Assembly: GCA_965240325.2 (NCBI GenBank)
Contig: OZ251231.1
Span: 1,116,001 to 1,180,000, forward strand
Length of the DNA stretch: 64,000 nt
Direction of reading: 5' to 3'
From: Rebecca billardiae RCC1528
Lineage: Eukaryota > Protista > Haptophyta
The notes beneath the pieces are model-generated. The model saw nothing but the letters and a program-made list of their open reading frames with translations, ran no database searches and had not been told where the DNA came from. How positions within the stretch are numbered: position 1 is the stretch's first letter; each line of letters begins with the position of its first letter. Positions 9,175-19,691 of the stretch are shown piece after piece. Position numbers and translations under genes: made by a program.

Positions 9175-12100
9175 ATGGCGGACGAGCACCTGCCCATCGA
9201 CGCGTACGCCGACGAGATCGCCGCGACGATCGAGCGGCACCGCGTCACCATCATCCACGGCGAGACCGGGTGCGGCAAGTCGTCGCGGCTGCCCGCGATC
9301 CTCGACGCGGCCGCGACCGCGGCCGGTCGGCGGCCGGTGCGCATGATGATCTCCCAGCCGCGGCGCATCGCCGCGCGGATGCTCGCGGAGCGCATGCGCA
9401 CCTCCTCCCAGCTCGGCGACGCGGTCGGCTACCGCATGGGCCACGGCGCGCGCGAGGAGTCGCGCAGCACGCGCGTGTGGTACTGCACCGCCGGCTACCT
9501 CGCGCGGCTGCTCGCGCACCACCCGGAGGCGTTCGACGCGCACTCGCACCTGGTGATCGACGAGGTGCACGAGCGCTCGATCGACTCGGACATCCTGTGC
9601 CTGCTCGCGCGCCGGCTGCTGCGCGCGCACCCGACCATCCGCGTCGTGCTGATGTCGGCCACGATCGCCGCCGAGCAGTTCCGCGACTACTTCGCGGACG
9701 GCGGGGAGGAGGCGCCGCCGATCCTGTTCGTCGGCGCGCGGCGGTTCCCCGTCGGCGTCTTCTACGCCTCGAGCCCGTCGCTGCAGGCGCTCCTCGGCCA
9801 GGCCGACCGCCAGACCGCCGCACGCATCGCCGAGGGCACGCGGCGCGCGCCCAGCCCGTCCACGTTCGTGACTCGCCTGCAGCACGAGCTGGCGGTGTCG
9901 CTGGCGTCGACGCTGGCGCAGGCGGAGTCGAGCGTGCTCATCTTCGTCGCGGGGATGAGCGACATCGAGGAGATCGCCGAGCGCTTCGACGCCATCAACC
10001 AGCGCGACCCCGCGCGGCGCGGCCTGCGCACGTTTGTCGTGGTGCCGGTGCATTCGGACATTCCGCACGAGGAGCAGCTTGCCCTGCTGCGCGGCGGCAG
10101 TGGCGGCGGCGGGAGTGGCGGCGGCGCGGCGGTCGCCGACGGCAGCGGCGGCGAGTGGGGCGGGCTGGCCGGTGCCGCCGCCGCCGCCGCCGAGGCCGAG
10201 GAGCACGACGGCTGCGCGCGCGTGCGCGTGATCGTCGCGACCAACGCGGCCGAATCTTCCGTGACACTTCCGGACGTGGACGTCGTCGTCTGCCTCGGCG
10301 CGGTGAAGCAGGTGGGGTACAACGCCGCGACGCACCGGCAGCGGCTCGAGCTGACGTGGATCTCGCGCGCCTCCGCGACGCAGCGCGCGGGGCGCACCGG
10401 CCGCCTCCGCCCCGGCTCCGTCTATCGGCTTTACCATGAGGAGCTGCACGACGAGCGCTTCGAGCCGTTTGAACGCGCGGAGCTGACGCGCATGCCGCTC
10501 GACTCGGTGATCGTCTCGCTGCGCACGATGCTCGGCGGCGGGCCGGTGGTGCCCACGCTGCTCGAGACGGTGGAGCCGCCCGACGTGCGCCAGATCGACA
10601 AGTCCTTTACCTCGCTCCACGCCGCGCGGCTGCTCTCCGAGCCGAGCGACGAGGGCGAGCTCACGGCGATGGGGAGCTTTGTGGCCGCGCTCGGCACCGA
10701 CCTCGCGATCGGTCGGATGGTCGGGCTGGGCGCGCAGCTGGGCGTGCTGCCCGAGGCGATCGCGCTCGGCGCGGCGCTCAGCCTGCCCACGCCGCCGTTC
10801 GCTCAGGCCAACCCACTCGTCCACCCACCGGCGCAGTACAACGGCCTCGTCAAGGCGTCGTTGGTTTCACAGGCTGAGCTGGATGAGGGCTGCTACTGCG
10901 AGCCGCTCGCGTGCGCGCGGCTGCTGTACCAGTGGCGGCAGTGCGGCGCGGACGCGGGCGCGCAGCGCCGGCTGCTCGCGCGCACGCGCGTGAACGGCGC
11001 GCGCGTGCGCATGCTCGCCGGCCTCTTCGCTTCGCTCACCGAGCGCGTCGCGTCTCATCTGGCCATCGACCGGCCGCAGCTGCCTGACCCGCGCGCCATG
11101 CGCCGGGGCAAGCTGACTGTGCTGCGGCTGCTGCAGGTGTGGGTGTTCCCGACGCAGCTGGTGGTGTCGAGGCCGCTCGGCGCGAAGCTGCGCCAGCTGG
11201 CGAAGCACGCGCGGCCCGAGGCGCTGCCGCCGCCCGCGGGCGGCGCTGGCGGCGCGCCCGCCGCCATCGGCCTGCAGGTGACCGGCTCCCAAGTCGAGCG
11301 CTCGACGCTCGAGCCGCTGCTGCCGCCAGGCTGCTGCTTCGGGCTGAGCGGCGGCGTCGTGTACGAGTACGTGACGCCGGCGTCGAAGCCGCCCGCGCGC
11401 GCCGCGCGCGAGGAGGCGCTCCGCGAGGGGGCACCGCTCTCGCTGCGCGCGCGGCTGCGGCAGCTGCGCGAGCGCACGCGGGCGGACGCGCTCCTCGTGC
11501 TGTGCGTTCTCGGCCCCGCTGACGGCGTGCTGCCGACGCTGCACCTCGAGCTGAAGGTGGAAGACGCGCGCGGCGCGTGCGCGCCCGCGCTCGCCGAGGC
11601 GTTCGGGGCCGAGGCGGTGAAGGCGGCGTGCGCCCGCGCGCAGAGGGGACAGCGGGAGAACGGCGGCGGCGGCGGCGGCGGCGGGCAGGGCGGCCTGGTG
11701 AGCCTGGCCATCGAGCCGTCCTCGCCTCGGCGCGGCGAGCGGCGCGGCGAGCATCGCGGCTCGGACGAGTCCGGGAGCTCGGGCGCCGACTCTGACGACG
11801 AGGCCTCGGACGAGGAGGCGAGGCCGTCGGCGCACGAGCGCGCGGCGCTGGCGGTCGCCCGCGCGTACAAGCGCGTCCGTGCCGCGGTGCAGGGCTTGGT
11901 CTCGATCACGTGCCTGCTCAACGCGGAGGGCGCGCTACTGGTCGCGACGGGCGGGGTGCAGCTCGACGACGAGACGCTGTGCGCCGCGGTGGGCGGCGAG
12001 GCGTGCCGCCCGCCCTCGGCGGGGCAGCAGAAGGGCGCGGCGGCGCGGCCCGAGTTCAAGTCGCGCACGCACGCGCTCAAGCAGGTGCTCACGATGGCGG

Positions 12101-12957
12101 CCGACGCGGCGCCGCCCGGCGGCGCCGGCCGCGCTCGGCCGCCGCCTCTCGTGCAAGACTTGCCCCTCGGCGCGCGCGTCCTCGGCCAGGTCGCCGCTGG
12201 CTATCGCAAGGAGGACGTCATCAAGCTGCCCGCCGCGGGCGCGGGCGCGGGCGCAGGCGCGGGCGAGCGGGACGGCGGCACGCCCGCGCGCGGCGGCGCG
12301 CGCCGCGCGCCGCGCCGAGGCGCCGGGGCGGATGACGACGCGGCCCGCGCCGAGCCGGATGGCGGCGCGGTGCGCACGCTCAAGGTAGACGTGCCCCGTC
12401 CGCGCTGGACGATCCTCCCGCCGAGCGGGCGGCGGTCCGCGCCGACCGCCTTCATGCCACACCACTCGGTCGCCGCCGCCGTCGCCGCCGCGGGCGACAA
12501 GCCGCTCGTCGCCGTCGCCGCGACGATGCTCGACCTCGCCGGCGGCGGCGCGCGCTGCTCTGGCGTCACGCTGCTGGAGCCGGGAGGCGCGTTCGCGGCC
12601 AAGGCGCTGCTGGCCTTCGGCCTCGACCCGACGGAGCTGCTCTTGGCCCTCGGCGCGGACGAGGCGGAGGACGGGCCGCTCGTGGGCGACGAGGAGGCGC
12701 TCGCCGCGATCGACTTTGACGCGCGCTGCCGCGCGCTCGGCGAGGACCTCTCCTGCTCGGTCGAGGCGGTGGAGGCCGTGCAGGCGCTCTTCCACGTGCC
12801 GCGCGCCGAGTGGTACGAGCCCTTCGACGTGCAGGCCGAGCAGGTGGTGATGCCCACGGCGGGCGCGCGCGGCGGGCGGCGGCGCGTGCTGCTCGCCCAG
12901 CGCGCCGAGCGCCTCCTCGGCATCGAGGCGCCGCCCACTACGGTGCGGCCAAAATAG
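9175..12957 (+). CDS. DEAH/RHA-family ATP-dependent RNA helicase
   Basis: Motifs GETGCGKSS (I), QPRRIAA (Ia), DEVH (II), SAT (III), [10 protein letters not shown] (V), QRAGRTGR (VI), followed by an HA2-like region (GELTAMG). Confidence 0.9.
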   Translation: MADEHLPIDAYADEIAATIERHRVTIIHGETGCGKSSRLPAILDAAATAAGRRPVRMMISQPRRIAARMLAERMRTSSQLGDAVGYRMGHGAREESRSTRVWYCTAGYLARLLAHHPEAFDAHSHLVIDEVHERSIDSDILCLLARRLLRAHPTIRVVLMSATIAAEQFRDYFADGGEEAPPILFVGARRFPVGVFYASSPSLQALLGQADRQTAARIAEGTRRAPSPSTFVTRLQHELAVSLASTLAQAESSVLIFVAGMSDIEEIAERFDAINQRDPARRGLRTFVVVPVHSDIPHEEQLALLRGGSGGGGSGGGAAVADGSGGEWGGLAGAAAAAAEAEEHDGCARVRVIVATNAAESSVTLPDVDVVVCLGAVKQVGYNAATHRQRLELTWISRASATQRAGRTGRLRPGSVYRLYHEELHDERFEPFERAELTRMPLDSVIVSLRTMLGGGPVVPTLLETVEPPDVRQIDKSFTSLHAARLLSEPSDEGELTAMGSFVAALGTDLAIGRMVGLGAQLGVLPEAIALGAALSLPTPPFAQANPLVHPPAQYNGLVKASLVSQAELDEGCYCEPLACARLLYQWRQCGADAGAQRRLLARTRVNGARVRMLAGLFASLTERVASHLAIDRPQLPDPRAMRRGKLTVLRLLQVWVFPTQLVVSRPLGAKLRQLAKHARPEALPPPAGGAGGAPAAIGLQVTGSQVERSTLEPLLPPGCCFGLSGGVVYEYVTPASKPPARAAREEALREGAPLSLRARLRQLRERTRADALLVLCVLGPADGVLPTLHLELKVEDARGACAPALAEAFGAEAVKAACARAQRGQRENGGGGGGGGQGGLVSLAIEPSSPRRGERRGEHRGSDESGSSGADSDDEASDEEARPSAHERAALAVARAYKRVRAAVQGLVSITCLLNAEGALLVATGGVQLDDETLCAAVGGEACRPPSAGQQKGAAARPEFKSRTHALKQVLTMAADAAPPGGAGRARPPPLVQDLPLGARVLGQVAAGYRKEDVIKLPAAGAGAGAGAGERDGGTPARGGARRAPRRGAGADDDAARAEPDGGAVRTLKVDVPRPRWTILPPSGRRSAPTAFMPHHSVAAAVAAAGDKPLVAVAATMLDLAGGGARCSGVTLLEPGGAFAAKALLAFGLDPTELLLALGADEAEDGPLVGDEEALAAIDFDARCRALGEDLSCSVEAVEAVQALFHVPRAEWYEPFDVQAEQVVMPTAGARGGRRRVLLAQRAERLLGIEAPPTTVRPK

Positions 12958-12991
12958 GCGTCCGCCTCATCGTCATCGTCATTCTGCTCGC

Positions 12992-13153
<162 letters not shown>

Positions 13154-13190
13154 CTAGTTAGTTATTAGCGTATGACGTTCTCAGGACGGA

Positions 13191-13951
13191 GGCTCTGGCT
13201 CCGGTTGACCCCTGCCAGTCCGGTCATAGAAACCGGCGGCGTACCAAAAATGTGAATAATGTGTTATGTGATCATCGCGCATCATGAATCATGATCGATC
13301 ATCATGCATTCATCCTGATGGCTGATGAGGAAATTTCCTGCGGCCGAATGAACGCCCGAAGTACGTGTCCCGCCACACGGCCCCAAGTGGGGTTGCTATG
13401 GATGGCCAATAATATATAAGTGCCCCAGGGTGTGAATTAACCAGTTGGTGATGACTACTTCAGACACTATTTTCCATAGCTATTTATTACCCAGTCCGGT
13501 GACACATTTCCAATAGCTACGGGTGCATCCGGGGCGCTCCCGAGTCCCGGACCGTGTTTCTGACCAGAGTCAGTCAGAGTCTGAAATGGGTGATCGAATA
13601 CATGGTCGTAAAAAAATAGAGTCTGAACCGTATAGAGGAAGTGCTTGTTGGCCCAATGTCACAGTCTGAAGTCATCAGCATCATCGTCTAGGCATCCATT
13701 GAGGTCCTCCGCCTGTGCAGTTTTCACGAAAGTGACTTCATCATGATGGATCATATGGCGGATGAGTTCACAGTGCCCGTCTCTGGCAGGGGTCATTGTC
13801 TGTCAATTGTCAACCGATTTGGCGGGATTTATACCGAATTTAAGCCAGAGCCCGGTGGCCGGTCCCGGACCCTGAATTAGACAGCTAGCTTATTATTATA
13901 ATCAATAATTAGTTGAGGTCCGGGGCGCGGGTCAACCGGACGGCTGGAGCC
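13191..13951. mobile_element. Putative MITE with GGCTC...GAGCC termini
   Basis: The left end ggctctggctccggttgaccc matches the reverse complement of the right end, ggctccagccgtccggttgaccc. The interior is AT-richer and non-coding. No clean TSD. Confidence 0.5.
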
Positions 13952-14156
13952 CCGCACACGCACTTAGACTTATACATGATGACACTATACTCTGAGAATC
14001 CGGATCTGCTATTAATATATACGTACGTGATACACAGAATTTTGTAAGATTCACTCGTAGCAGTCGGATGTCCGGATGCCGTAGTCGTCGTCAGCAGCCG
14101 AGCCAGTACTGCCGAGGGCGAGAAGTGCACGCAGCGGCGGTGCCAGCATCATCATA

Positions 14157-15254
14157 TCAGCTGGTAGTCCGCGGCGGCCTCCAGAGCCGAAACTCGATCT
14201 GTCCAGCAGGAACCACAGGCAGCTCTGGTGCCAGCGGGAGCACCTGCGATGCCACTAGATCCTGAGGCTGATGGTGAGCCACCAACGACGGCAGCATCGA
14301 GCCCGAGCCCAGGGAGATGAATTCTTCGCCCACAGCCACGACGACGGGTAGCATCGGCGACACAGAGTGCTCGACTTGTAGCTCGGCAGTTGTGGCCTTG
14401 GCAGGCAGCCTCCCAATGCTGGTACTTGCACGTGCAGCACGTGCAGGTCCATCGGCATCGCTGTGATGTGTACGGGGGCGTTTGCTGCGCCCGATCTGGG
14501 CGGGCATTGAGGGAGAGCCATTGGCCACGTGGTCTCTCTTGTTGCCATGCGACCGCGGGAGCATGCCTGTGAGCTTGTGCAATGCGCACCGGCTGCAGCG
14601 CGCATCACCCGGCATGCCAAATGATGGCTTCTTTGTGCAGCCAGCACCATCGCACTTGCGGCGGTTCACCACGTCGACCATGCCGGCCAGCTTGTGCGCA
14701 GCGCACCGGCTGCCGCGCGCATCACCCGGCATGCCAAAGACTGGCCTCTTTGTGCAGCCAGCCTCATCGCACTTGCGGCTCACCACGTCGACCATGCCGG
14801 CCAGCTTGTGCGCTCCACAACGGCTGCGGCGCGCATCACCCGGCATGCCAAAGACTGGCACCTTTGTGCAGCCAGCCTCATCGCACTTGCGGTTCTTCAC
14901 GTCGACCATGCCGGCCAGCTTGTGCGCTGCACATCGGCTGCCGCGCGCATCACCCGGCATGCCAAAGGCTGGCACCTTTGTGCAGCCAGCCTCATCGCAC
15001 CTGCGGCTCACCACATTGGTCATGCTGGCCAGCTTGTGCGCGGCGCACCGGCTGGCACGCGCATCACCCGGCATGCCAAATGATGGCACCTTTGTGCAGC
15101 CAGCCTCATCGCACCTGCGGCTCACCACGTCGACCATGCCGGCCAGCTTGTGCGCTGCACACCGGCTGCCGCGCGCATCACCCGGCGTGCCAAATGATGG
15201 CATCTTTGTGCAGCCAGCCTCATCGCATCGCACTCTGTTCGCCACGCCCACCAT
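14157..15254 (-). CDS. EsV-1-7 cysteine-rich repeat protein (6 x about 38-aa repeats)
   Basis: Repeat CDEAGCTKxPxFGMPGDARxSRCAAHKLAGMVDVVSRR has C-x4-C...C-x2-H-K-x2-GMVDV spacing, the EsV-1-7 signature. DNA period is 114 bp. First ATG is at 15254 and the frame is open to 15335. Confidence 0.8.
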   Translation of the reverse strand: MVGVANRVRCDEAGCTKMPSFGTPGDARGSRCAAHKLAGMVDVVSRRCDEAGCTKVPSFGMPGDARASRCAAHKLASMTNVVSRRCDEAGCTKVPAFGMPGDARGSRCAAHKLAGMVDVKNRKCDEAGCTKVPVFGMPGDARRSRCGAHKLAGMVDVVSRKCDEAGCTKRPVFGMPGDARGSRCAAHKLAGMVDVVNRRKCDGAGCTKKPSFGMPGDARCSRCALHKLTGMLPRSHGNKRDHVANGSPSMPAQIGRSKRPRTHHSDADGPARAARASTSIGRLPAKATTAELQVEHSVSPMLPVVVAVGEEFISLGSGSMLPSLVAHHQPQDLVASQVLPLAPELPVVPAGQIEFRLWRPPRTTS

Positions 15255-15995
15255 GCCGGCTAGCGGCAGCACGTGTGCGTGACGCGCCGGCCAGTGCCGC
15301 GCGCACCCGCTCGAACTCAGGGGCGTTCCCCGCACTGGTCAATCGCCAAATCGAACCGCGTTCCTATTGAAATTGGCTTCCTCTATTTGAAGCGGGTACA
15401 TTTGATTACAGCCCGCGCCAGTCCGGTAGCAATGCCCCCCCATTGCTTTCGGGAGCGTGTGGCAGGATCCCGGGAACGCCCTTGGGGCTTGGGGACACGG
15501 CGACCACGGCGGCAGGGTGGAGAAGTCGACGACCGACTTTATATTTCCGCATAATAATTTATTGCATTTTCCCAGCGCGCGCCGCTTGGCCGCGCGTACT
15601 GCGAGGCGGCCGCAGCCCTCATCCAGGCCTCGCAGGCGGACGTCTGAACGAATCTTCCGACGGCGCTACCATCGGCGACGGCTTCATGGGCGGTGACAGT
15701 TGGCGGGCGTCGATCTCGCCTGCCTGAGCTGTGTGCGTCTCTTATTCTTAGTAAACTGTCCAGTAACGTTCTTCCCTTCGGCTGGGGCTCGATCAGTCGA
15801 CCGGCGCCGCTCACAGCGCAGGCAGGTGTTTGGCGCGGCTGCACTCTCGAGGTGGCTGGGATACAACATCCAGGTGCAGCACCCTCCCCGTGTGGTGTCA
15901 GAGCGCGCTCTCGAGCGCGTGCCTCCGAGCGCGGGGCCGGGCGGTTCTTGCTGCAATGGCCGCGCGCCGCCTCGATGAGTCAATATAATATCGTC

Positions 15996-15997
<2 letters not shown>

Positions 15998-16079
<82 letters not shown>
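15998..16079. repeat. (TA)n microsatellite, about 82 bp
   Basis: Directly visible. Confidence 0.97.
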
Positions 16080-16082
<3 letters not shown>

Positions 16083-16371
16083 CGAAACTTATCGCCATCG
16101 GACGACTCACTGCTAACTTGCTAAGACTAAGTAGTCTATCATCTGAATGAGGATCTCAGGATCATGAGGTGCGGCAACACGCCCCTCATGCCTGCGCCGG
16201 TCTGTTTTGTGGCGGTGTCTTTGCGCAGTGTTGGATGGCGTCAATCACGCCTTAACCAAGTGTGCACGTTAAAGCATAGTACACTGTAACTAGCGCACAG
16301 CATTACGTACAGTAGCACGCTCCCGAGTCCCGTAGTCTCGTCCGGGCCGATTCCGCCGCGGTTCATCCGGG

Positions 16372-18054
16372 TCAGGATAAGGGGCCGTGCACCTCGACGA
16401 GGTGGTCGACGCGGCGCGCGAGCACGCTCGGCAGCGCTCCGTGCGTCCGGTGCGCGCACCGCAGCATGCGGGCGAGCACCGCGCGCAGCTGCTCCTCCCC
16501 GTCGCCCTCGGCGCCTCTCGCCGCCGAGAGCGAGTCCGCTGCGTCGGCCGGCTCGGCGTGCGCGGCCGAGCTGCTGCACGCCGGCACCGCGTCGGCGGCC
16601 AACCGGATGCTTCGCGCGCCGTGGCTCGCGTGGGCTGCGTCGGCCGTGCGCACGTGGAACAGCAGGAACACGGTCAGATGGACCGCGGACAGGGGCGGTC
16701 GCGCGGCGTGGATGGCGCGCGCCGCCGTGAGGTAGGCGCGCGCCAGGGCAGCGCGGGCATCCCAAGCACTCGCCACGTCAGCACCGCCGTCAGCCTCGGA
16801 CCCGTCGGGTTGTGCGGCGGCTGCGCGAAGCCACCGCGGCACGTGCGCGGGCGGCGGGCGCCAGAGCAGCCCGCCCTCGCCCAGCGTGTGGATCAGCGGC
16901 TCCCACTCGCGCACATCCACCGCCTCCGCATGGTCAAGCACCAGTACAGGCTGCTGCCGATCGGCCGTGCGGCCGCCAAGAGCCGGCTCGAGCGCTCGCG
17001 CGAGGAAAATGGAGAGGGGCTCGGTCGAGCGCTCGGCCGCGCCGGGCGCGCGCGGGCCGAACGTGCGCCCGTCGACGAGCAACACCGCCGGCCCCGCTGC
17101 TGCCTCGTGCGCGCCAAGCCCGGGAGCGCCGGCGGCGGCGCCGTGCGCGGGTGTCGCGTCGCCGCGCGCAGACAGCGCGCGCCGCAGGGCGGCGACTAAG
17201 CTGCCGGCTGCCACTGGCTCCTCGAGCGGCTCGCGAGCCGTCTCCGCCGCGCGTGCGTCCGCGTGCGCGTGCGCTGCGGCGGGCGAGGGCCCAGCCGCGG
17301 GCCCCGCGCGCCCGAACGCGGCGACGACGAGGGGCTTGGCGGGCGCGGTCGCCAGGCGGGGCAGATGTGCGGGCCCGCCGGCCGCGGCGCGCGCGCGCTC
17401 GCCGTGCGGCGTGCCGCTCGGCAGCGGGCAGCGCTCTCGAACGCCGTCGAGCATCGACTCCGTCAAGGGCCCGAGCTCTGCCGGCGGCACCTCGCGCACG
17501 CGGTCGAGAAGGACGCGTCGGAGCCGCCCGAGGGCCGCGTCGGGCACGCAGCCGGAGAGCGGAGCCGGCGCGGTGCGCAGGCGAGGCGCCGACACGGCGC
17601 GCGTGGCAAGGAGCGCCACGAGGCACGCCGCCGCGCCGAGGGCGATGAGGGCGCACGCGCTCCGGAGGCAGGCCGGACGGAAGCATGCGAGGCGAGCGCG
17701 GCGCCGTGAAGCCGAGCGCACGCGCCCGGCACGGGGCTCAAAGCGCAGCGCCGGCTGCGCCGGCGCCAGCGGCGACTGACGCTTTCGCCCGCGCGGCGCC
17801 GGGCTTGGCCGAGATGGCGTCGACGGCGAGCTGTTCGAGCTCGGCGAGGCGTGCGCGGCGATCACCTCGAGTGGCCAGTCGGCCGGCTTGGGCACCGACG
17901 ACGGCTTCGCGCGCCCAGCCAAGCGGCTGTGCTCGGCCGAGTTCGCGTCGGGTGCGCGCTGCTTGGCGGCCGCGCGTCGCTTCCTCGGCTCGGCGGCGGT
18001 CTTCTGCGCGCCCCGCGGTGGCGGCGGCGAGCGGCTGCTTCTAGTCGCCACCAT
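16372..18054 (-). CDS. Single-pass membrane protein with degenerate torsin/ClpB-D2-like AAA+ domain
   Basis: Basic, Ser-rich N-terminus, then TM (ACALIALGAAACLVALLA). KPLVVAAFGRAG resembles the torsin pre-Walker A strand but lacks GK. VLVLDHAE..LIHTLGEGGL is Walker B-like. LPSVLARRVDHLVEV resembles ClpB FRPEFINRIDEVVVF. Confidence 0.5.
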   Translation of the reverse strand: MVATRSSRSPPPPRGAQKTAAEPRKRRAAAKQRAPDANSAEHSRLAGRAKPSSVPKPADWPLEVIAAHASPSSNSSPSTPSRPSPAPRGRKRQSPLAPAQPALRFEPRAGRVRSASRRRARLACFRPACLRSACALIALGAAACLVALLATRAVSAPRLRTAPAPLSGCVPDAALGRLRRVLLDRVREVPPAELGPLTESMLDGVRERCPLPSGTPHGERARAAAGGPAHLPRLATAPAKPLVVAAFGRAGPAAGPSPAAAHAHADARAAETAREPLEEPVAAGSLVAALRRALSARGDATPAHGAAAGAPGLGAHEAAAGPAVLLVDGRTFGPRAPGAAERSTEPLSIFLARALEPALGGRTADRQQPVLVLDHAEAVDVREWEPLIHTLGEGGLLWRPPPAHVPRWLRAAAAQPDGSEADGGADVASAWDARAALARAYLTAARAIHAARPPLSAVHLTVFLLFHVRTADAAHASHGARSIRLAADAVPACSSSAAHAEPADAADSLSAARGAEGDGEEQLRAVLARMLRCAHRTHGALPSVLARRVDHLVEVHGPLS

Positions 18055-18255
18055 GAGTCACGTGCGCGCGAGCGCTGGCGGGAGCACGCGCAGCCCAGTC
18101 TAGCTCCGGCGAGCACGCGCCGTCGAGCGCGTCAGCGCGTGTCGCCGTCGCGGCGCCGGTCGTCGCCCTTTGCGCTCGTCGCCGCCCCCGCGAGAAAGAC
18201 TCGCCGTTTGGTGCTCAGCAGTCCGGCAGAGTCCTGCTGCCGATCTGCAGGATCG

Positions 18256-19137
18256 ATGGCGCCGGTCAACATGCGCCTCACCGTCAGGTTGTCGTCGGCG
18301 AGGGTGCTGCACACGCCACGGCGCGCGAGCGTCGCCGCCGTGCTTCGGCTGGGTAGCGACGAGAGCCTGCGCGGCGCCGAGCTCCTCCTCATCCAACGCG
18401 TCGCGCGCGAGGGCGATCGATGGAGCGGGCAGGTCGCGCTGCCGGGCGGACGGCGCGACGCTGGCGAATCGGATCTGCAGGCGGCGGTGCGCGAGTGCCG
18501 CGAGGAGGTCGGGCTCGACCTCACCGGCCCAGGCTTCACGCTGTGGGGGCGGCTCGACGACCGCCTCGCCACGCGCACGATGAGCGTCGCCACCTTTGTC
18601 TTCGCCGTCTCGCGCGCCGAGCCGCTCGCCCTGACGCTGGACAAGCGTGAGGTGGCATGCGCGTGGTGGGTGCCGCTGGACGTGCTCGCGGCGTCCGGCG
18701 TGCGCGCCGTGCCGATCAGCGCGGAGCCGTACCTCCCGGCCGCCCTCCGCCAGCGCCCGGCACTCGCCCGCGCCCTCGGCATGCGCTCGCTCCACATCCC
18801 AGCCGTGCCCCTCGAGCTGCCGCCCGCGGCGGGCGCGCCGGAGACCGGCAAGTCCGTGCGAGCGTCGCTCTGCGGCACGCCCGTGCTGTGGGGCCTGAGC
18901 TTCGGCGTCGTGAACGACCTGCGACGCGCGCTGGGGCTAGGCCCGCTGCGCCGGCTGCACGCCGTGCGCCCGCTCGCCACCTTCTCCGCGGCGCCCTTCC
19001 ACCCGGCCACACTTTGGCTCTGGCTCGCGAGGCTGACGGTGCTGGCGGCCGAGCGGCTGCTGCGATCGCGGGCGCTTGCGCGGGCGCTGCTGGGCGACGC
19101 TCTCGCGCCAGTCGCGGAGAGGGCGAAGAGCAGCTGA
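18256..19137 (+). CDS. Nudix hydrolase, CoA-diphosphatase (NUDT7/PCD1-like) subfamily
   Basis: Nudix box GGRRDAGESDLQAAVRECREEVGL, preceded by the CoAse-type motif LLLIQR...WSGQVALPGG, with C-terminal LWGLS. Confidence 0.85.
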   Translation: MAPVNMRLTVRLSSARVLHTPRRASVAAVLRLGSDESLRGAELLLIQRVAREGDRWSGQVALPGGRRDAGESDLQAAVRECREEVGLDLTGPGFTLWGRLDDRLATRTMSVATFVFAVSRAEPLALTLDKREVACAWWVPLDVLAASGVRAVPISAEPYLPAALRQRPALARALGMRSLHIPAVPLELPPAAGAPETGKSVRASLCGTPVLWGLSFGVVNDLRRALGLGPLRRLHAVRPLATFSAAPFHPATLWLWLARLTVLAAERLLRSRALARALLGDALAPVAERAKSS

Positions 19138-19691
19138 CAAGGTCGTTCTCGCTTCGCTCACGCGGCTGTGCATTCCATCCGCGCTGGCTATGGTAGGCTT
19201 GCCATGCAGTGCTCACGCGGCTCACATCGTCAGCAGACTGCTGAGGACGACACTCCGACGACGCTGGCCTCGGGCCTGCGGGTCGTCCGGCGGGTCGACG
19301 ACGAATCAGGGACGCGATGATGACCCGCGCCGTTCGTGAACCATAATCGTCATCATCTGCTATCGTCATATGCTACTACACCATTGCCCGCTGCCAGCCG
19401 TCGTCATGCTCATGATGCTGAATGAGCGCCCTATATATAGTCTTAGCATGCGCACAGTAGCAGCAGTCATCAGTGACCGTCGCGTCGCCTGAGGCTGAGC
19501 AGGCCCCTGCAGAGTGCAGAGTGCAGGCTGCAGGCGGCCTCTCCGCCTCGGGCGCCTCAGTGGCCGCGCTCCGAGGGCTCCTCGGCCGAGCTCGCGGCGG
19601 CGCTCACTTGTCGGAACACAGCAGCTGACAGCAGCACGGCAGGTGCCACGAAGACGAGTCGACGACACAGAAGAATGCTCCCCCCTCGGAC

